A DNA stretch of 63,324 bases, the filler included, from Limisphaerales bacterium (lineage in GTDB: Bacteria > Verrucomicrobiota > Verrucomicrobiia > Limisphaerales > SIBE01), in assembly GCA_044225505.1 (NCBI GenBank). It is 7 parts of 7 records of this genome, joined end to end, with 100 filler letters (N's around TTAATTAATTAA, not from the genome) between each part and the next. Parts side by side here need not be neighbours in the genome. Positions count along the whole stretch, not along the records: positions 54,126 to 63,324 come from JBGAIN010000253.1; 6 more parts are not named here. One strand, 5' to 3'. The notes under the pieces were generated by a model. It did not search any database and was not told the origin of the DNA. It worked only from the letters and a program-made list of their open reading frames with translations. Position numbers and translations under genes: made by a program. Position 1 is the first letter of the stretch. Each line of letters starts with the position of its first letter. Shown here in pieces: positions 59,181 to 63,324 of the stretch.

Positions 59181-61280
59181 ATGACGACATTTAAGAATCG
59201 CCCCTGCTGTCATTGCTTCTCTTCGCTCTGGCCGCGTCAGTCCGCAGTCTTCTTATTACTGCTTACCCAAGTTATCTGGCCAGGCATCAGTAATCGCGGC
59301 GAGGTCTTTCACGTCGCCACGACGGGCAGTGATACGAATCCGGGAACGATCCACCTTCCGTTTGCCACTTTGGAACGTGCTCAGGATGCGGTCCGCCAGA
59401 GGGGAAGTGACGTCGATCGCCAAGTAATCGTGCACAGTGGTGATTATGAAATCAGATCGCCGTTGACCTTCAACCCAGGGGACTCCGGGACACCGTCCCA
59501 TCCGGTCCTTTGGAGAGCCGCCATGGGGGAGAATGTTCGTCTTGTGGGGGGGCGAGCACTCCCAGCCGGCAGTGGTAAGACCATCTCGGACATGGCGATC
59601 CTGAATCGACTCGATCCGAGCGCACGCGCCCACATACGCGTGGTCAACCTGCAGGCTTTGGGAATGACGAAGCTACCGCCGTTTCCGATCGCCTATCACG
59701 GAGCGCCGCCAGGGCCGGAATTGTTCGTTAACGATCAACGCCTGCTGCTGGCCCGCTGGCCGAACACCGGTTGGACGACCATACAGCGAATCATCGAACC
59801 GGGCTCTCGTCCGCGAGATGGCGATCAACGCGGGCTACGCGGGGTGTTCGAGTACACTGGGACACGTCCGGAACGTTGGCGGAGCGAGTTGGGTGTCTGG
59901 TTGCAAGGCTACTGGTGTTACGACTGGTACGATGAGGTAATCCGCATCAGCGCCATCGATGCCACCCAGCACCAGATCAGACTCGCCGCACCGCACGTTT
60001 ACAGCTTGATGCAAGGCAACCCGTCCCCGCGGAGATTTCGAGCCCTGAACCTTCTCGAAGAGTTGGATCAACCGGGCGAGTTCGTCATCGATTTAGAGAC
60101 AAGCCAGCTCTTGTATTGGCCACCGGACAGTTCGCCCGGTGCCCGCATCACGTTGTCCTTGCTGGATGCGCCTATAGTCAAACTTGAAGCCGCGTCACAC
60201 GTTCGCCTTCAGGGGTTCATTGTCGAATGCGGCCTGGATAACGGCATCGACATCAACGGCGGATCGGGGTGTGAGCTTGTCCAATGCGAGGTCCGGAACA
60301 CGCGACGGCTCGGGATCCGGGTCACGGGCGGTACAAAACACCGAGTTATCGATTGCGACATTCATCATACCGGTCAAGGCGGGCTGATTCTCGGTGGTGG
60401 GGACCGCAAAACCTTGACACCCGGAGCGCACGAAGCGGCGAACAATCATATCTGGCGCTTTTCGGAACATCAACTTACGTCGGCCTATGGCCTTTCGCTT
60501 GAAGGCGTCGGAAACCGAGCGGCTCATAATCTGATTCACGATGCGCCCCATCAGGCCGTGTTCATCGGCGGCAACGACCATCTCTTTGAGCTCAACGAAG
60601 TGCACCATGTCTGCACCGAAACGGACGATTGCGGCGCGCTTTACAAAGGCCGCAATCCATCCTGTCGCGGGAATCAAATCCGCCACAATTACTGGCACGA
60701 CATCGGCAGTCCCATGGGTCACGGCAATGCCGCGGTCTATTTTGACGATGGCGACGGCGGCGATACGGTTTTTGGCAACGTCTTTGTCCGGTGCGGGGAC
60801 CCAGGCCGGGGTTCCTTCGGAACCGTTTTTTCTCATGGTGGACATGACATTCGCGCGGACAACAACATCTTTGTCGACTGCAAGCGCGCCTTGGGTTCAG
60901 CGCCGTGGGATGAGGCGCGCTGGCGCAACGCCCTTCGAGGAGGAGAAGATTGCTTCTTCGTCGAGAAACTGCAGCGTGAGGTGGACATTACCAAACCACC
61001 CTACACCACCCACTACCCGGAGCTTGTTGGCTATTTGGATCCACCGCCCGGTGCAGAGCGTCTCAATCGGGCTCGGAACAACGTCCTGATCCATTGTGGG
61101 GAAGCGTCCGGCGGAAACTGGCGCGTTGAGCCTAACACTCTATGGGCGACGGACGAGGATCCCGGTTTCGTCGATCGGACCCATGGCAATTATCAACTTC
61201 GCTCGGACGCCGAAGTCTTCCAGCGATTGCCGGGGTTCAATCCAATCCCATTCGAACAGATTGGACTGAAGCGGCGTTAA
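59181..61280 (+). CDS. Right-handed parallel beta-helix carbohydrate-active protein
   Basis: GSDTNPGT...PFATLERA, LARWPN, ELDQPGE, HNLIHD and DCGALY. Confidence 0.88.
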   Translation: MTTFKNRPCCHCFSSLWPRQSAVFLLLLTQVIWPGISNRGEVFHVATTGSDTNPGTIHLPFATLERAQDAVRQRGSDVDRQVIVHSGDYEIRSPLTFNPGDSGTPSHPVLWRAAMGENVRLVGGRALPAGSGKTISDMAILNRLDPSARAHIRVVNLQALGMTKLPPFPIAYHGAPPGPELFVNDQRLLLARWPNTGWTTIQRIIEPGSRPRDGDQRGLRGVFEYTGTRPERWRSELGVWLQGYWCYDWYDEVIRISAIDATQHQIRLAAPHVYSLMQGNPSPRRFRALNLLEELDQPGEFVIDLETSQLLYWPPDSSPGARITLSLLDAPIVKLEAASHVRLQGFIVECGLDNGIDINGGSGCELVQCEVRNTRRLGIRVTGGTKHRVIDCDIHHTGQGGLILGGGDRKTLTPGAHEAANNHIWRFSEHQLTSAYGLSLEGVGNRAAHNLIHDAPHQAVFIGGNDHLFELNEVHHVCTETDDCGALYKGRNPSCRGNQIRHNYWHDIGSPMGHGNAAVYFDDGDGGDTVFGNVFVRCGDPGRGSFGTVFSHGGHDIRADNNIFVDCKRALGSAPWDEARWRNALRGGEDCFFVEKLQREVDITKPPYTTHYPELVGYLDPPPGAERLNRARNNVLIHCGEASGGNWRVEPNTLWATDEDPGFVDRTHGNYQLRSDAEVFQRLPGFNPIPFEQIGLKRR

Positions 61281-61480
61281 CCGCAGAGCTCGTTCGCGCT
61301 CCAATGCCGCCTGGCGAATGCCGAGCTATGCCCGGTCTCGGTTGCCATCACGCGCCGCAAAACATTTGACAGACGAATAGCGCCTTCCCGGTCACAACGA
61401 CGACCGCGCCGGATGAATGCCACGGACGCCGTTGTAGAAAATCCTGTTCGTCGCGTGGACGCACGCGCAATCAATCAACC

Positions 61481-62947
61481 TTACGGCGCCCCGCCCGCCA
61501 TCGTCGGCCGATTCAGGTCCACCGGCCCGTTTTTGGCCTCTAGACTTCTCTCCGTTAGAACCGTAACGAGTCGTCGAATCACCTCGCTGAAATAGTCCGG
61601 GATGTTCGGTCCGAAGAAGGACATCACGCGTGGTTCGTAGCCGTTAAGATGATAGTACCGGCTGCAAACCACGTACCCGATGTAATCCCCATTAAAACTG
61701 GTGATCACAGTCCGCCAGCCTGAGCTTCGAAACGCGTCTTTAATTCCCAAAGCCAGTTCACCGCTAAAATCGCAAGGCGTCGAAACCCATATGGTATTTT
61801 GCAGACGAAGCGCTTGAAGAAAAGTCGATCTCCGCACTGGCAAAAAGCGCCGAGCTACCCAAGGACGCAAACGCCAGCCATCTGTCAGCCTGACGTTTTC
61901 AGGCGGCAGTTCCACGTCGACACCGATCATTCCCAAGGCGACACGATTCGTGAAAGTCAGACCGCTCATCTGGCTCAACAGTTCATTGCCTAAGGCTTGC
62001 CCCATTCGCTCTACTCCCGCCATACCGTTCGTCCCTGGAACAGGCCCATGACTAGCGACACCGCCAGCTAGGAACAATGCGGTCCCGCCCGTTTTCGCTT
62101 CAACCCAACGCTGCCACGCCCCTGGATAGTCCGCGCTGATCTCCATCAAGCTGCTTGGCAGCACCGTCGCGTGCGCCCCGTAACAACCGATCAACCCCAT
62201 GTCACCGTCCGCCTGTTTAACAACCATGTAAGCGAATTCGCTGTCGACCTCTCCGTGCTTTCCCACGAGACGATTGCGGATGAACTCCGGCGCAAGAAAG
62301 CTTCCCTGCGCCAGCGACGCGGCACTCAGATCCGCGACGGCAGCACGAACGGCCTCGACAATCCGGTCCGCCATCCAAACTCGTACCCCGGGCTGAAAGC
62401 CACCGGCGAACGCCTCCGCGACCATGCCATCCCCCCACCCTCCCAAACTTGCGTGCGTGTGCGTCGCACTGAAATAAAGCTGCGGCCGGCGCAGGCCAAC
62501 TTCCTTCTCCAGACGGGAAACGGCCAGATCAGTCACTTCCGGCGGAATGATCAACGCATCTGCACTGATCACAAGAGTGAGCTTTTGTTCGACCCGCAAG
62601 GCGATGGCTTTGACGTAAACATCGTCATGAACTCCAGTCGCCGGACGACCTTTGCGCGCTCCATATCCAGCCAACGGTAAGGAGCGGAATTGGCCATGCC
62701 CAGGATCGTCCGAAGCCGCGTTTAAGACTGGCGTCAATCGAGCTCGACCGAATCCAGCGGACAGCAGCCCTGTGACCTGCAATGACGCGGTCGCGTTCTG
62801 CTGCAGAGCCTGGAGCGTCCGCGCATAGTAGGAAGTTTGGAAGTACGGTTCGTAATCGACCGTGGCGACGGTCAAGCTCAGCCCCAGCGAAGTCGCCAGA
62901 ACGAGCAGCCCAGCACTCCATGTCAACACTCGGCGGACCTTCGTCAT
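61481..62947 (-). CDS. Neutral/alkaline ceramidase-like hydrolase
   Basis: PLAGY, ATHTHAS, YGAHAT and SADYPG; N-terminal TM helix. Confidence 0.85.
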   Translation of the reverse strand: MTKVRRVLTWSAGLLVLATSLGLSLTVATVDYEPYFQTSYYARTLQALQQNATASLQVTGLLSAGFGRARLTPVLNAASDDPGHGQFRSLPLAGYGARKGRPATGVHDDVYVKAIALRVEQKLTLVISADALIIPPEVTDLAVSRLEKEVGLRRPQLYFSATHTHASLGGWGDGMVAEAFAGGFQPGVRVWMADRIVEAVRAAVADLSAASLAQGSFLAPEFIRNRLVGKHGEVDSEFAYMVVKQADGDMGLIGCYGAHATVLPSSLMEISADYPGAWQRWVEAKTGGTALFLAGGVASHGPVPGTNGMAGVERMGQALGNELLSQMSGLTFTNRVALGMIGVDVELPPENVRLTDGWRLRPWVARRFLPVRRSTFLQALRLQNTIWVSTPCDFSGELALGIKDAFRSSGWRTVITSFNGDYIGYVVCSRYYHLNGYEPRVMSFFGPNIPDYFSEVIRRLVTVLTERSLEAKNGPVDLNRPTMAGGAP

Positions 62948-63196
62948 GCACCAAACGTACGGGAGCGCAGCAAGGCTGTGAAGCCTGCACTATCGCTCTC
63001 TGCAGAACGCTGTCCGGATCATGGGTGTGATTAAAATTGGGTGAGATTAAGGACCGCGGCCGTGTCGTCAGACCAGCCGCAGAATTTCCGCCTTTTCAAG
63101 AGCTCCTCGAACCACACGAGGTGTTTTCACGGATGCGGCGCTGCTGCGGCTAGGCTTCGTCGGACTCGCCATCGCCGCGCCCAGTGGAAGATATTG

Positions 63197-63324
63197 TAAT
63201 GCCATTCGGTAATTCTATTCAGTCCCGGAAGGGACAGAATGAGAGAAGCCCGGTCGCTTTAGCGCCGGGTGCTCAAGTGAGAGGGCCCAAGCCCCGGAGG
63301 GGCGGCTGAGTGCGGCGAGAAAGG
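63197..63324. mobile_element. Second copy (left 128 bp) of the IS4-type MITE
   Basis: Matches 50752-50879 except one substitution (gaaaga/gagaga); different left flank. Confidence 0.93.

Overview
The window is seven unrelated contig pieces of about 8-9 kb, joined by artificial 100-nt N/TTAATTAATTAA linkers, so neighbourhoods are valid only within a piece. Gene content suggests a GC-rich PVC-superphylum bacterium, most likely Verrucomicrobiota (inference). Piece 1 (1-9212) is an integrative or prophage-like element with a tyrosine recombinase, two excisionase-like proteins, a DEDDy exonuclease, a metallophosphoesterase and orphans. Piece 2 has a TolB-like/FGE-fold/MBOAT/SGNH cluster, a prepilin-like protein, a serine hydrolase, a MOT1 transporter and an hpnJ fragment. 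Piece 3 has a two-component cluster, a DUF5989-VTC-DUF4956-HlyD cluster, a glycosyltransferase and a nadE fragment. Piece 4 has an ECF sigma factor, a 2-kb palindrome-dense non-coding tract, a HAD-NUDIX fusion, hscB/iscA/deoC/mdh and an S8 protease. Pieces 5-7 hold mostly secreted hydrolases and dehydrogenases, tandem Ig-like paralogues and several frameshifted genes. The best-supported unusual signals are non-coding: (1) a 304-bp IS4-type MITE with a 10-bp target duplication and REPIN-like cargo, inserted in the centre of a palindrome, with a second copy at the window end; (2) the 2-kb tract of sequence-diverse palindromes, partly enclosed by an inverted REP pair; (3) recurrent 11-bp-period tracts on three contigs. 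All family assignments come from motif recognition, not database searches.
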